This document shows positions 34,201 through 46,635 of a stretch of 64,000 nucleotides of DNA, in pieces. The position numbers and the translations under genes were made by a program. This DNA comes from Yuukianura sp. NJ FZ-2021 (lineage: Eukaryota). Each line of letters starts with the position of its first letter. The stretch's first letter is position 1. The notes below the pieces were generated by a model that saw only the letters and a program-made list of their open reading frames with translations, was not told the origin of the DNA and did no database searches. Location: contig CM102290.1 of assembly GCA_046563655.1 (NCBI GenBank), positions 2,914,001-2,978,000 on the forward strand, in the 5' to 3' direction.

Positions 34201-37200
34201 GGAGTTTTTCTACTGAACGATTAGCGAAAAAAAACGAACGTTTTTGCCGAAATCTCACATCGCCCCAACACCATTCGAAATTCTTTGAATTTTTTTGGTC
34301 AAAAAATTTGGAATAGTGTTGGGGCGATGTGAGATTTCTGCAAAAACGTTCGCATTTTTCGCTACTCGCTCAGGAGAAAAACCCGACTGTTTTTTGTTCA
34401 AGTTAGGTTGCTAGGAGTTAGTAGTTGGGAAGTCCGGGATGCACTACTAGTCATTTCTTGAGCTTGTCGATTAGGGGTCTTTGCTATGGGCTGATTTGGT
34501 GAAGGTTTGAGCCGTTTGGAATTTCATCGCCGTAGAGCACGACGCACAGGCAGGCAAGGCATCACTGGTCACTCGTAAATTCAGTCCCCATGTCCTTCCT
34601 ACACCTTCTTACCATAGTGTCTGTCCTGTTGTTTAGGCAAGATGACAGGAAGTGAGAGAGGAAGGTCGAAGTCGCCTGCTGGACGGGGGTCAACAATACT
34701 TCGATCTAATTCTGACCTCCAACCGTGTAGGAGAAACAGACCTTCCGGTATTCCGGTACGAACACTCACCCCAAACCCTACAACTCAAAAACTAAAACCG
34801 TCTCCAGAACTAACATCTCCACGAAAAGTACTCCAAACATCTCACCAAATCTCACTGCGAGTGGAGGTGGAACGCGGAAATTCAGCATCGACATCCACTT
34901 CGAAGAAGCCGCCGCGAACATCAACACTGAAGAAGTCCAGCGATAAAATCCAGCCAGGCCCTGTGAAGAAGAAAGTCGGCAAGGTTGTTAAGATTGACGT
35001 AGAAGGAAAACCAGCGAGCAGAAGTGTTGCCGATAAGAGTCCATCTCGTCATCAAGGTTGTCTATCACCACCACCACCAAAGAAATGCATTCCGAAGATT
35101 CACGTTATTGAAGTCAAGGACGAGCCGCCAGCTAAAGAAGTTAAGAAAGTCACGACCAATCCAGCATTAGCACCTTACTTGCGAGAAACGCAAAGAGTTT
35201 CTGGATCTGTGTTTCTACTGGAAAAAAGTCCAAATATTCCGCGTCCTACGTTCACTTCCATGTTGCGAGAGAGTTTACGCCGCTCTCCAAGATTTCTGCA
35301 GCTTCACTCACTGTATAGAAAACTGGAACGTTTAGGAGAATTGGAAAAGTCAACTTGCCCTTTCCTTCGAATGGAAAGGGAGTTTGACTTTGACTCATGG
35401 TGGGAAGGGCGGCAACGTCGGAAAGAAGAGTGTGAAATACAAATTCTGCATACTATGCTGCGTGAAGCACAGGACAAAAAGGAATTCTTTTTTCAACCAA
35501 CTTCGTCCACTCAAGTTCGTTGGACAAAAGAAATGGATTCAGGGCTGAGAACAAAGAAATGGACAATCGAAGAAATCAAAAGTACGTTTGCCAGTCGACA
35601 GTCAAATCCTTCCAGTTCACACTCCGATATCTACAAAACTGGCTGGAGAGGAATGTCAGTTCGGGAGCTAGGATTGAATTTGGAAGTTGCTTCGCTGTCA
35701 AAATCAAAATTTCAATTTTATGATCCAACAACTCGACACGGATGGTTACGCAGAGCATTTTCAATGACTTCTACACTTTCCCCAAAAGAGCGCGAAAATA
35801 TCCGAAAGCAGTTGGGGAACTTGATGCAAAAGAATAATGAAGTGAATGAAACCAAGAACAAAACGACTTTCGGAGGAGTTGTACGTGGTCGTATGGGTCA
35901 TACTCTGTCGTCAGATCCCTACCGACCTTCATCTGCATCACCATGTAGTACATGGGATGGAGCATACACGGAGTCTACAAAGAAAGCAATTTCTCGCTCC
36001 TTGAGTCAAGAAATTCAAGAGAAAGGACGTACGGGGCTTCTTCAGCGGAAAGTTTCAATAAAAGAACCAACTAGCCGGTCGTCGTCATCGTCGCTGATGA
36101 AAATCCCCGAACGCTGTCGCTCCGTAAGCCCCAGAGGAATGGGGACCGGGACGGATGAAAGATCAAGAGGAAATCTCAACATTCTAACAAAGTTGGCAGC
36201 GATCGTACTCAGCAATGACCCTGGATTTCAAAAAGCCTTGAGAGGAGAATACTCTGATGAAATTTGTTGCCTACCAAGAGGAAGGCGGGAAATCGAGAGA
36301 CTCAAAGGTCGCTTTGAATCATCTACTCATCGAACAGAGTCACAGCCAAACCTTAGTCGTTCACATCCGAGTTCACCCGACTCGTATGCCAATTGGAGAC
36401 GTTCCCGCCGACCAATCTACGAACCCAGTTCTACTCCAAATGTTTGTCAACCTACACTTAGTCCGCACTCACCGACATCTCTCCAACACTTACCACTAAC
36501 TGGGAACTGGAAGATTGACCCCAACCTTCATCGTCCAGTGTCGAGATACGTTCCACCTCCACCAACCTACTTGCACTACGGAACTTATCCACGGGGACGC
36601 AGAGGTGACTCATTCTTCAGATACTTCTACTACGGAATAGTCTAATGACCAACCTCTTTCTATAGGAGTCCCTTTCAGGCTTCAGACTGCTGTCTGACCT
36701 TCACCGATCGCATCTCCTTCCCTTTCGTCTGCTTCTTCGTCATTAGTTTTTAAATTCATTTTCTCATCGATCATATGCCGTTTATAGGCTTCAGAGCTAG
36801 TTTAGAAAAGTAATGGTGGTCAGATTAGATTCGGTTGAGGGGGGAATTTAGGCTGCGTGTGGTTAGGAAGGCTCCAGTCCACTCTTCTACTCATCACTCT
36901 CTTCCAGGGAGCGGGGTCAAGTATGCAGAGTCCGAGGTCAACATTCACTACAAAGCACCGGTACGGCTTGAGGCAAAGGAATGGATAGCCGAAGACGAGC
37001 TGCGGAGACGTCAAGAGGTCGCCATGCGGGAGTTCTACCAACAACAGAGAGAAAGGAAACTACTGCAAGAAATGGAAGACATTCAAAGCAGACGTCACTT
37101 TGACTATTTCACGTAAGTTAACTAATACAGTTTTAAATACGTTTCGGGAAAACAGTAATTTACTCGTTTTTATGTTTTAGTCCGTCACAAAAATCACCAA

Positions 37201-38412
37201 TTCCACTCAATCGCTATGATGAGGACAGCAAACCAACGCCGAAACTCTACGCCAGAGCTCTCTTTAACTTCCTTCCCCAGAATCTCAGGTAAAGTTGTTA
37301 TGATTAACGTTAATTAACATTTGGAAATCGTTATATTTGAATTTCTTGAAGGGAATTGAGACTGAGGAGAGGAGATTTGATAACTGTACGGCGGAAACTC
37401 GATAAGAACTGGTTAGAAGGAGAATTGAACGGTGTCATTGGTATCTTCCCGACATCCTACGTACAGGTAACCCAGTAGTTTTTAGTTGGTTTTGTTATGT
37501 TGTAGTACATTTTCAGTTTGATTTGGTGAAGGTGCTCTCGTCTGGAGCAGTGGAAAATGGAACAGAAGGAGAAGCTAGAGTCAAGTTCAGCTTTCGAGGT
37601 GCTGCAGCATTTGAAATGTCAATCAATCCAGGAGAAACGGTTGCCCTTATTCGTCGCGTTGATCAGAATTGGTACGAAGGTCATATTGGTGAAAAACGAA
37701 GAGGAATCTTTCCAGTGTCTTACGTTGAAGTGATCAAGGAACCTCCGAAACATGCACAAATCCCTCCTTTGCAGCCTCAAAAGGTAATCCTAATCGTCAT
37801 CAAATGTGTCAAGTATAAACTGACTAAAACGTTATTTCTACTTTTCACATTCCCTGATACAGAAAATTCCGTGGAATGGATTGGATGATGACCTCAGGAT
37901 AGACACTGGAAACCAATCGCAGCTGTAAGTACTACTCCTAGCAAGCTAACCTGAAAAAAAACATTGGAGGTTTTCCGCTGGGCGATTCGCGAAAAATCAA
38001 ACGTTTTTGTAAATCTCACATTACCCCCAACGACATTTGAAATTGTTTGAACAATTTTGAACTTTGTCGGGGTAGTGTGAGATTTTTACAAAAACGTTTC
38101 TTTTTTGCTAATCGCTCGGTAGAAAAACTCCAATTTTTTTTCAGGTTATGCTGCTACGATTAGGAGGACATTTCGGAAAGAATTCTATACATGCTCGATG
38201 TTCGATGAGCTAATACTTATTTTTCTTTTGTTTCAAATAGATACCGGGTACTTTATAACTATTTCCCTGCCCATAAGGACGAGTTGGAATTGCGGGAGAA
38301 TGATGTAGTGGAGGTGCTGGAAAATTGTGACGATGGATGGTGTGTTGGTACTTCTTCAAGAACGGGGCTTTTTGGAACGTTTCCAGGCAACTATATTGTA
38401 CCAATTGACTAA
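31215..38412 (+). CDS. CAP: CAP / SORBS-family (ponsin/vinexin-like) adaptor: N-terminal PDZ and three C-terminal SH3 domains
   Basis: [31 protein letters not shown]. Motifs [43 protein letters not shown] and [23 protein letters not shown]3 domains [26 protein letters not shown] and [35 protein letters not shown]. Confidence 0.9.
34170..34415. mobile_element. Palindromic MITE in a CAP intron, family shared with 37934-38165
   Basis: cctggcaacctaacttgaa..aaatctcacatcgccccaacac / gtgttggggcgatgtgagattt..ttcaagttaggttgctagg form a nearly full-length hairpin. Confidence 0.85.
34637..36604 (+). CDS. CAP: Large (1968-nt) phase-1/phase-1 internal exon of CAP, probably alternative
   Basis: Acceptor gtttag|gc at 34637 and donor gag|gtgact at 36604. 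It is in frame with the upstream exon (ends 34152) and the downstream exon (starts 36908). Ser/Pro/Arg-rich, with a central helical block [22 protein letters not shown]. Confidence 0.75.
37934..38165. mobile_element. Palindromic MITE, second copy in CAP
   Basis: ctcctagcaa..ctgaaaaaaaacattggag..aaatctcaca / tgtgagattt..ctccaattttttttcagg is homologous to 34170-34415. Confidence 0.8.
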
Positions 38413-39151
38413 ATTCCTCCTTGGGCGAGTCTAGTCTTTATTCCGCAGTACCTCTTCATTTTAAATTCTGTCTCTGGAACACCTAGTCCATTAGATGCTT
38501 AGAATAATCGTCACTTGCCTTGCAGCAAAAATTGGCCTTGTCCAATTCCTTAATTAACTTTGGCCTTATTGCAATAAAGCACATCCAACTGTGGTCTACT
38601 TAATTTAGGTTAACTAATTCCATATTCTCGGGCGACAAGGCGTGAAATGTTGTTTAAGGATGATATGCTCAATTGATTGTTTAACAGTCGAATTAATTGT
38701 TAAAAAGCATAGCAAGTTTAAATTTCCGGAATTATTGGATCGATTTTAAAAGAAGTGCGTAAAATTTTAAACCTGAAAATTTGAATTAAAAAGCGCGCGA
38801 AGAGGGGAATGTCTTGTTGACGTATGAGTAGTTTACACCTTCCTTCCATATTATTTTTGTGAACAGCGGGAGCGGGAGTACTTAAACTTGGTATAAGAAT
38901 TTCGGTGCTATTTCAACGTTAATTAATCGTTTAAGTCTAATTATTCCTCATAAGTGGGAGAGGTTGACCAGGCCAGCAGTGAGAGGTTGGACTCGGATTT
39001 AGTTCACCGCGAATTCCAGCAGGAGCAGAATGGAAAGAAACGGTCGTATTATTTAAATTAACTTCGTATGTCGTGTTCCTTTCTACAGCTGACTAATACT
39101 ACTGGAACCAATTTGTCGTAAGTAAGGTGTGCCGTATCAGTCACACTAACA

Positions 39152-40328
39152 ATGGAACCCGATATCGAAGCCGACACTCAAGACGAAATGGATTTACCGT
39201 ATAAATGGGACCTCGAACCTCCTCAGCTTACTCAGCGGTTCTTCATGATAACTGTCGGCAACGTTTTTAAGGTAAGGAAGTCTGCCCTATCGCAGGGTAT
39301 AACAACAACAACGCAACAACGATCGTATTATGGGCAACTGCTTGGGTTTTTGTATGGAATTTGTTCAATAATCGTTTGTCATATTACAGTGGAAGTCACC
39401 TAAAGACCAGCGGAGACGTCTTCTTTCTGCCGTTGAATTCGTTAGCCTCATCACATATATGGATGAAAACGTAACGATTTTTTTGACGGATGTAGTGAAT
39501 GCAAGTGAACTTACTAATTGGTTCCGAACTCTTGTTCGTATGCTACCCCACAGGAAGGACTGGAGTTCTTAGCTGGTGTCAACATACTTCCATCGTTTCT
39601 GGCCTTTATCGCTAAACTTACTGAAGCCTTCACAGAATTCCAGCCGCGTTCCAAGCATCGCAGTGCCATCATTGCTGCCGCAAGGATTCTCTCCAGTCAC
39701 ATTGTTGTAAGACCAAAACGTATAGTTGTATCATACAACACAACCTTTGGTGTCCAGTGGAACCCTTTGGTGTATCAGAGTGAGGCCTGAGTATCAGTAG
39801 CCGTTTGCCCAGCCGGCTATCGTAATGAAGTATAGTAGATAGTTATTATAGGTGTTAACGTTCAATTTTTGTTCATTTCAGTACTTCTTTCAACACTTGT
39901 TGGACAGAAATAGGAAGCGGAAATTCTCGGAGTTGGTGTTTCCTCTGGCAAGCTTTTACTACTACCACTATGTGCTGGATCCTGGAACTGTACCCGAGAT
40001 CTCCGACGTTCTTTGCTCTGATCCGTGGAACTTCATCATCCGAGCAGCCAACAACTCGCGAAACGCTCAAATTGTTCAACTCATTCAACAAGATACGATT
40101 GAAGCTGCCCCTGGCCAACAAGCTGAGAAGAGGAAACGACTTCTTCCTGAAATCATGGAAACTGAGCCACTGCAGGTTCTCGGTTCTAAGATAAAAGCAC
40201 TGGGCCTCGACATTTACGACATGCGTATCTACACGGACGATACGCTTGCACTCAAGCCCAAACGTCAGCGCAGCGACGGATCTCAGGATTGGCTTTCAAA
40301 TGTAGATTCTGGACATAGCCGAGGATAA
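39152..40328 (+). CDS. Orphan 4-exon gene, about 266 aa, function unknown. Exons 39152-39271, 39390-39470, 39554-39706, 39882-40328
   Basis: Three phase-0 GT-AG introns join the separate ORF pieces into one 801-nt open frame. The protein looks helical, with basic clusters RNRKRK, KRKR and KPKRQR. Confidence 0.65.
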
Positions 40329-41287
40329 CTCCTTATAACGGTAACTCCGTTTTCTTTAAATATTCCTCATTTACAACAATCGGACACGTCACACGGGACG
40401 CGTACAAGATATTAGTACTCAGACTCACTTTAGACGCAATAACTTGGTAGAATTTTTTTTATTTCGAGTAATGTACTTTGATGTACATGAGCTGTTAAAG
40501 TAAATCCATTCGATAAATTATTAATAATCGGAGCTCGCTGAAATAAGTCATCCCTGCGATCCGGAAATGGAATCTTACTTGATATTTTTTAACTTTTCAA
40601 GATTTAAAGCGACAAAGGGAGACACGCCTTTTTTTAAAAATCATGAAACGCTGATCAATGGATTTAAATTCAGTTGACTGGCATTGGCATTGTCCAGCTC
40701 CAAATGTTGTTTGAGTTACGTTTTGTTTTTAATATGACCGAACGGAAGTGAATAAGGAAGGAACTATTGACGATTAGATGTGCGTTATGACTAACTGTGC
40801 CAAATTTTTGCGAAATTTTTGTGGACCATGTTTGTCCTAAATTGACGTTAGCATTTAAAGCGGTTGAAGGTAAAAGTTCTTTATCTAACTCCAATTTGTC
40901 AACCGATAAGGCAGGAAGAATACACCTCTCATGGTTTCATTTATCTAGGACTCGGTACATGTCCGACTTGGCATCTTCCGCTCGTAGCAGCTTTGTAATC
41001 AGCACACTGATAAATCCTCTTATTCAGAGGCTTGTTATTACTACAAATCAGTGCCAAAAAGGTGTGAATCAATCAACCCATTTTTGTTTCGCACTAGCTG
41101 GACGTAGTTCTGTACCTAATTTCTGCGAATGTGACTCTCAAATACGACACACCAAAAACGTTATTCGGTTGGAAACTAATTTTTTACTAAAAATTGTTAA
41201 GTGTTCACCAGTTTAAAGAAAAAGATTTTTTTAAAAAAGTGTTTCAAAAGGCTATTTGACTACGATCGAAAAAGAACAAACGGGAAA

Positions 41288-42759
41288 ATGGCGAGCGGAA
41301 GTTTTTCGGATCATTGTCTGATGTTCTCAGTGGCCATTTTGAACTTGATATGTGGCGTAAGTCCTGTTTTGAATTTCAGTACTTTTGTATAAATATTTTG
41401 TTCTTTTTAACACAATTTTTTGAATTTTCAAAATGTCAAAGGTCAAACTACGTTTTCTTCTTGCAGGTCTTGGGAGGACTGGTGTTTTGCCTTGGAATTT
41501 GGATGAGGGCGGAACCTGACGTACGGGAGTGGGTAGCCGAACTAGAAATGTATCAATACTGGAATGGCCTCTACATTTTGATCGCTGCATCAGCGATTGT
41601 TATGATCATTTCCTTTTGCGGATGCTGCGGAGCTCTTACAAACAGCATACTCCTCATGACTATCGTAAGTTTATTTTACACTGTTGACCTTTGACCTTAA
41701 AAAACCCTGATTCACTTTCACTTTGAATTCGACGATTCCAGAACGTTGCGTTAAGTGTTCTATCATTCGTTCAATTTCTTTTTGGAGCTACACTTTTATT
41801 GTCTTGTTGCATTCAACCATCTTTTAACTACGCCTTAGTCACTGAACAGTTTAATATCATACTCAATCGGAAGGATTCTAGAAGCGACAATTTCATGATA
41901 TGGCTCAGTTATGATGTGAGTAATGATCTCAAACCAAGCTTTGTCATTCAAGGGCGTGATACATTTCAAATTCCATGGTCATGTGTCATTGAACTTTTCA
42001 AAATTTCAAAAATTAGTCGGAGTGGAATCGTCGGATTCATTTTACTTGAACCTTTCAGTTACATTTTCAAAAATTTTGAAAGAATTTCTTGTTATATTCT
42101 GGATTCTGATTTTGTATATTTGAAACTAGGGTGCTGCGTCTGTGTTTTTGACGTTGATTTTAATAGTTGCTGGATCGACGCTAGTTTTGCTTCATGGGAC
42201 TTCATACTCCCAACTGACGCCTTACCTTAGCACAAAATTTGACAGACTAATTTTGGACTCCAAATACGACGGTACTGCGTATTACTACCTGACGGATATC
42301 CAAGAAAAAGTAATTACGTTACTACTTAAAATGATCTCACTGGAATTTGAAATATCTCACGCCCTTAAGTGGTTAAATGCAAATTGGAAATGTAATTTTT
42401 TTTTAAATGCTCTTAGGTTGGATGTTGCGGAGGACGCAACTACATGGACTACAACACCTACAACATGCCGATTTCAGATACATGTCGAGACGCCATCAGT
42501 GGAAACGTTTATCAACAGGGATGTGTGCAACAGCTTGCAATTTTCATTGAAAAACGATCAGGGTGGATTGCCTCAATTGCTCTGTTTGTTGCATTTCTAC
42601 AGGTAACGTCAAAATAACGTTTTGAAATGTAGAATTTCGAAAAATCTAAAATCAACAATTTTTTGTTAGATTTTTCTGGTCTGCTTTACATTCTGTTACG
42701 TTAGAAGCGTTCGAGGAAACGAGGAATTCGGACACAGATACAAGGAAGTTGCACACTAA
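41288..42759 (+). CDS. Tetraspanin, Tsp2A-like, 5 exons
   Basis: Four TM segments. Motifs GIWMRAEP, ISFCGCCGAL, IVAGSTLVL, LTDIQEKVGCCG, TCRDAISGNVYQQGCV and EKRSGWI resemble insect Tsp2A. Confidence 0.88.
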
Positions 42760-45700
42760 ACAAAGGAAAAGTTACTACTTTTAGATTAAGCTAACCAAAC
42801 ATTTCTGAATTACTAATTCTTTTTGTAAACTTCCATTTTAGTTGCCGCTTATTTTTCTTCCATTTCAAAATCGAGTTATTTTTTTTCCAAATTTTTCGGG
42901 CTAACAACTTTTAACGAAAATTTTGAACAAAAAGCCGTAGCCTCCGCAAACTTTAATTTTTTGATGCTACACGCTAAGCCGCTTTTAAAAAAATTGACGC
43001 AGGCCACACTTCTTCTTCCGTAACAAACTTTATTTTCCCGGTTTTCGAAACTTCTTTTGAAAATAAAAGCTGCAGGAGGTTTTTGTCACACTTTTTTGCT
43101 TTCTTTTCGTCCTTTCGCATCGTGTCATAGTCACCTTCTCAAAAGTTTCGACTTGGATTCTCAAGTTTCCTAATTTGTTGAGTCACTCTCAGTCTCTTAG
43201 GGAGTTGATCTTCTAAATTAATTTCTCCCAGCGAAACGTACACCTCCAACACTCTTCTTCAAAAAAAAAGTTTCACTTTTACAGGTTTGATGAAAAAAGC
43301 AATGAAGTGAAAGTCGACGTTTTTTAGTAGTGTTTCTCCAACGTCCAGAAGATCAGCGTCAACCAAAGGTTGTTTCTAAAAGAAAGCCAAAACGCCTCCA
43401 CCTTCTCAGGAACCGCACGACGCAAGCGTAAGATCGACCGAGCAACTTTTTTTTTCTTGAAAATTCTTATAATCTCGTCCTATATTTTGGAACAGGAGAA
43501 CAACAGGCTAATGCCAAAGTATGGAATCGACTGGTAACAACGCCAAAACCTGTTGCAGAATGATTTTGGAGAACACAAGGCTTTTTTCACCAGCACCACG
43601 AGCGCTACCTTCTTCCACCTCGGTTCATAAAACGGAAAAAGCTTTCACTGTGGTGAGAAGAGCCATCGCTGCCGCTGTTGCTTCATTTTGATTCAGCCGC
43701 CTCTTTTTTTGAAGATAGAAAACGGAGAAAGGTTTATAGGCTGGAGCAGTTGGATTCGAAGCTCAGACGAGTGTAGCAGTGCCAACGATTTGGCTCTGGA
43801 ACCTGTTAACGTCAAAAGCGTCTCTTCCAGAACCTGACATTACTATTTTACCATTTCAGCAGCAGGCGTCATCCTGGACATCCTCTCCAGGTAATCCAAT
43901 TTTGACTTTTGCCTTACCTACGTTCTTTTCCTAAATTGGCACACGTACTAAGGGCTAAAGCAGTCCCTTGAGTCCACAAGTCTAACAGTAGAACAAGCTG
44001 AGGTTATTATAGGTCAAATCATATCTTGAAAATTTAAAAAAAAGACTTCACACTTTTTTAATTGCATTTTTTTAAATGTTAAGAAGGTGGGAGATGAGTC
44101 TAGTCTTGATAAAGAATTTGAATACGGTTCCGTTTTTTATGTTTTTCAAAAAATGGAAAAAGGCATTTTTGCAATTTCCTTTCACTGTATTTTTGTTTTT
44201 TTTTTGTTGTGTGTGCAAGCAGCCTAGAGAGTACATACATAGTAGAAACGTGAAATTGGCTTTTTCTTTTAAAGATATTGACAAGATCAAAAGGTGTTTT
44301 TTTTTTTGTGCGGCGTTTTGACGCAAGAAAGAAACCAAAGGAAAAGCGCGACTTTTCGTTGACTTTGTAGTGAAAGTCAAGGAGGAGAAAAAGATTTTAA
44401 GTGAAAGCAAAGACTGAAAGTTTACTCAGACTTCAACTTTAAGTTTAAAGACAAACTTTTCCATGCAGGTGAGACGGCGACAAAAGTGTAGCTTTTTTAT
44501 GAAACTTGATTTTTTTTTTCAAAGGAAGCGGTAATAATGGAGTAACGCCTTAATATGAAGACGGTTTATTTTTATTTTTGATTTTCTCTTTGAAAAATTG
44601 CGTTTGAAAAAATTTGGTAGAAGAGTTTGCAAAAAAATTTCTTTCTGAATTAGGGTTGACATACTGATTCTTCTCTGCATAACTACAGGCAAAAAAAAAA
44701 AAAAACTTTTTTTTTTTGCAGTTTTATTTTATAGTGACACTAGTTTTTAATTTTTTGAAATTCAAGGTCGTGGTTGAATTCCGTAATGACATTTTCAAAA
44801 GGGCATGCTGTTTAAAATTTTGAGAATAAACAAATGGTCACATTCATCTTAATTTTGAAAACGAAACAGAAAGTAGTGTGCTGGTTTTTATATCATAAGT
44901 GCTTCACAAAATTGGGAAAGACAACAAAATATTTTTGAAAAGTAAAAAAAAATATTACGTTTAATATTTTGGTTTCTACTGCGGTTTTTCTTCTCGAAAT
45001 CTAAAATTTTCATTTCACACCACGGCAGATGCCAAACAACGGTTCATTTGTTTAAAAAAAGTTTACATGGAACAATTTTTTTGAAGTTTGTAGTTTCTAA
45101 AAACCTAGTCCTGGTATTCCATATGTTATTTTTCTTGGCAAAGATTGAGCACCACCAATCACTCGAATTTCTTAACTTTTTTTTTGAAAATGTAATGAAT
45201 TGTAAACATTATGCAACCGCAGGAACGTCCGTACTGTAGTAATTACATAAAATACAAAAACATCAAAACAATCTTCCTAAAATTGAGTCATAGTTTTCGT
45301 GTAGCGTTAATTTTTCATATTTTTTATGCTAACAAGATTCTAACTTAGACTAATTATTTGTAATTAAATAAAGAATTGAAGTACAAAGGAAATTTCAATT
45401 TCACGTCTCGTTTTTGAGGAGCGGGAAGGTCAGCAATGTCGTTTTGTTGCAAACGTTATGTTTGCTTTGTATTTTTTGGTTGCGATTTAGAGAAAGTGGG
45501 CTTCATCTTCTTTGGATTTTGGATTTGTAACTATGAGGATCTTCGTTTCCCCGGGAGAGAACTAAATCTTCCTTTTCTCGGAATTGGATTCTGGATTTCT
45601 CTGGAACTTAGTAAATTGGAATTGACGTTTTAATCCAGCCTGCTTTAGAAGCTTGTGAGTTTCACTTTCTTATTTTTCTGTTTTCCGAGTTTAGTTACTG

Positions 45701-46635
45701 TTACAAAATGTTACTTTAAGGTGTAAATTATATTTGAAATTGAGTCGACGCAACAAAGCTAGGGTTTCCTTGAAACGACTTATGGTGGAACTGGATTCTA
45801 CGACCATCCTCCTGTCTTTTTCATTTGATCTCGTTCATCTTCTCATCCTTTGCCCTCCGCCTCAGTTAATGTTCACCTAGTTCTAAACAATTGCTTTGGA
45901 ATTTAGTGAATAGAATACCAACACCGCCACCTTGTCAGTCGTAAAGAAGATTCGTAGCCAAGGTTATTCGGCTCTTTCCTGGATTGATTTCCTTTAAAAC
46001 AAAATTTTTCTGGGAAAAAAAACGGGCTTTTCAACGATAACTTTTAGAACATGTTCAATTAAAAAAAAGTAGGCTAGACTACAAGCACTCCTAAAAATAG
46101 GAAACGCTTTTCACGAAATGTGGTTTTGAGATTTTTTTTGTGTTCGATGGTTGGCTTGCTTCTTTTGTTAAAATTTTCGTAGGTTCACACACTTCCAAAA
46201 ATTTCTCCGTGGAGTAGCCCAACAGAAGCCGTTTTTCTTTGGATCTGGAAAATTTGAAGTGCGTTGCTTGAAGAATAGGACGCATTTCAAGCACCTCTAC
46301 CAAAAAGAAACACATAAACTACGCTAGGCCAAAGCGGGAACTCGTTCTACAGAATTGAGTGTCACTGGGAGAAAGTATAAAACTGACTTCAGTCAATCAA
46401 CTTTAGTTACTGCAAGGACTACTTCTGAAAGCTGACATAACCCAGAGAGAGTGAATGGTCAACGTCAAGTACACGAAACAGACGAATGTCAATGAAACCT
46501 AGGAGTGACGACCGTATCAACTTTTTTCGTTAGGTCTAAAAACACGACAGGGTGAAGGTGGACATTGGCGTTGATTGGCGACTTGCTACGTTTTTTGAAA
46601 AAAAAAGTTTGAGCTGCATTATTTCCTTGTGAGTG

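Noticed and set aside
34642..36645. 667-aa ORF as an independent nested gene or transposase
   Set aside because: It has frame-compatible splice sites with CAP exons on both sides and shows no RT, integrase or DDE motifs.
40670..41216. 139-aa and 74-aa ORFs upstream of the tetraspanin
   Set aside because: They have non-ATG starts, no recognisable motifs and no splice context; probably promoter/5'UTR sequence.
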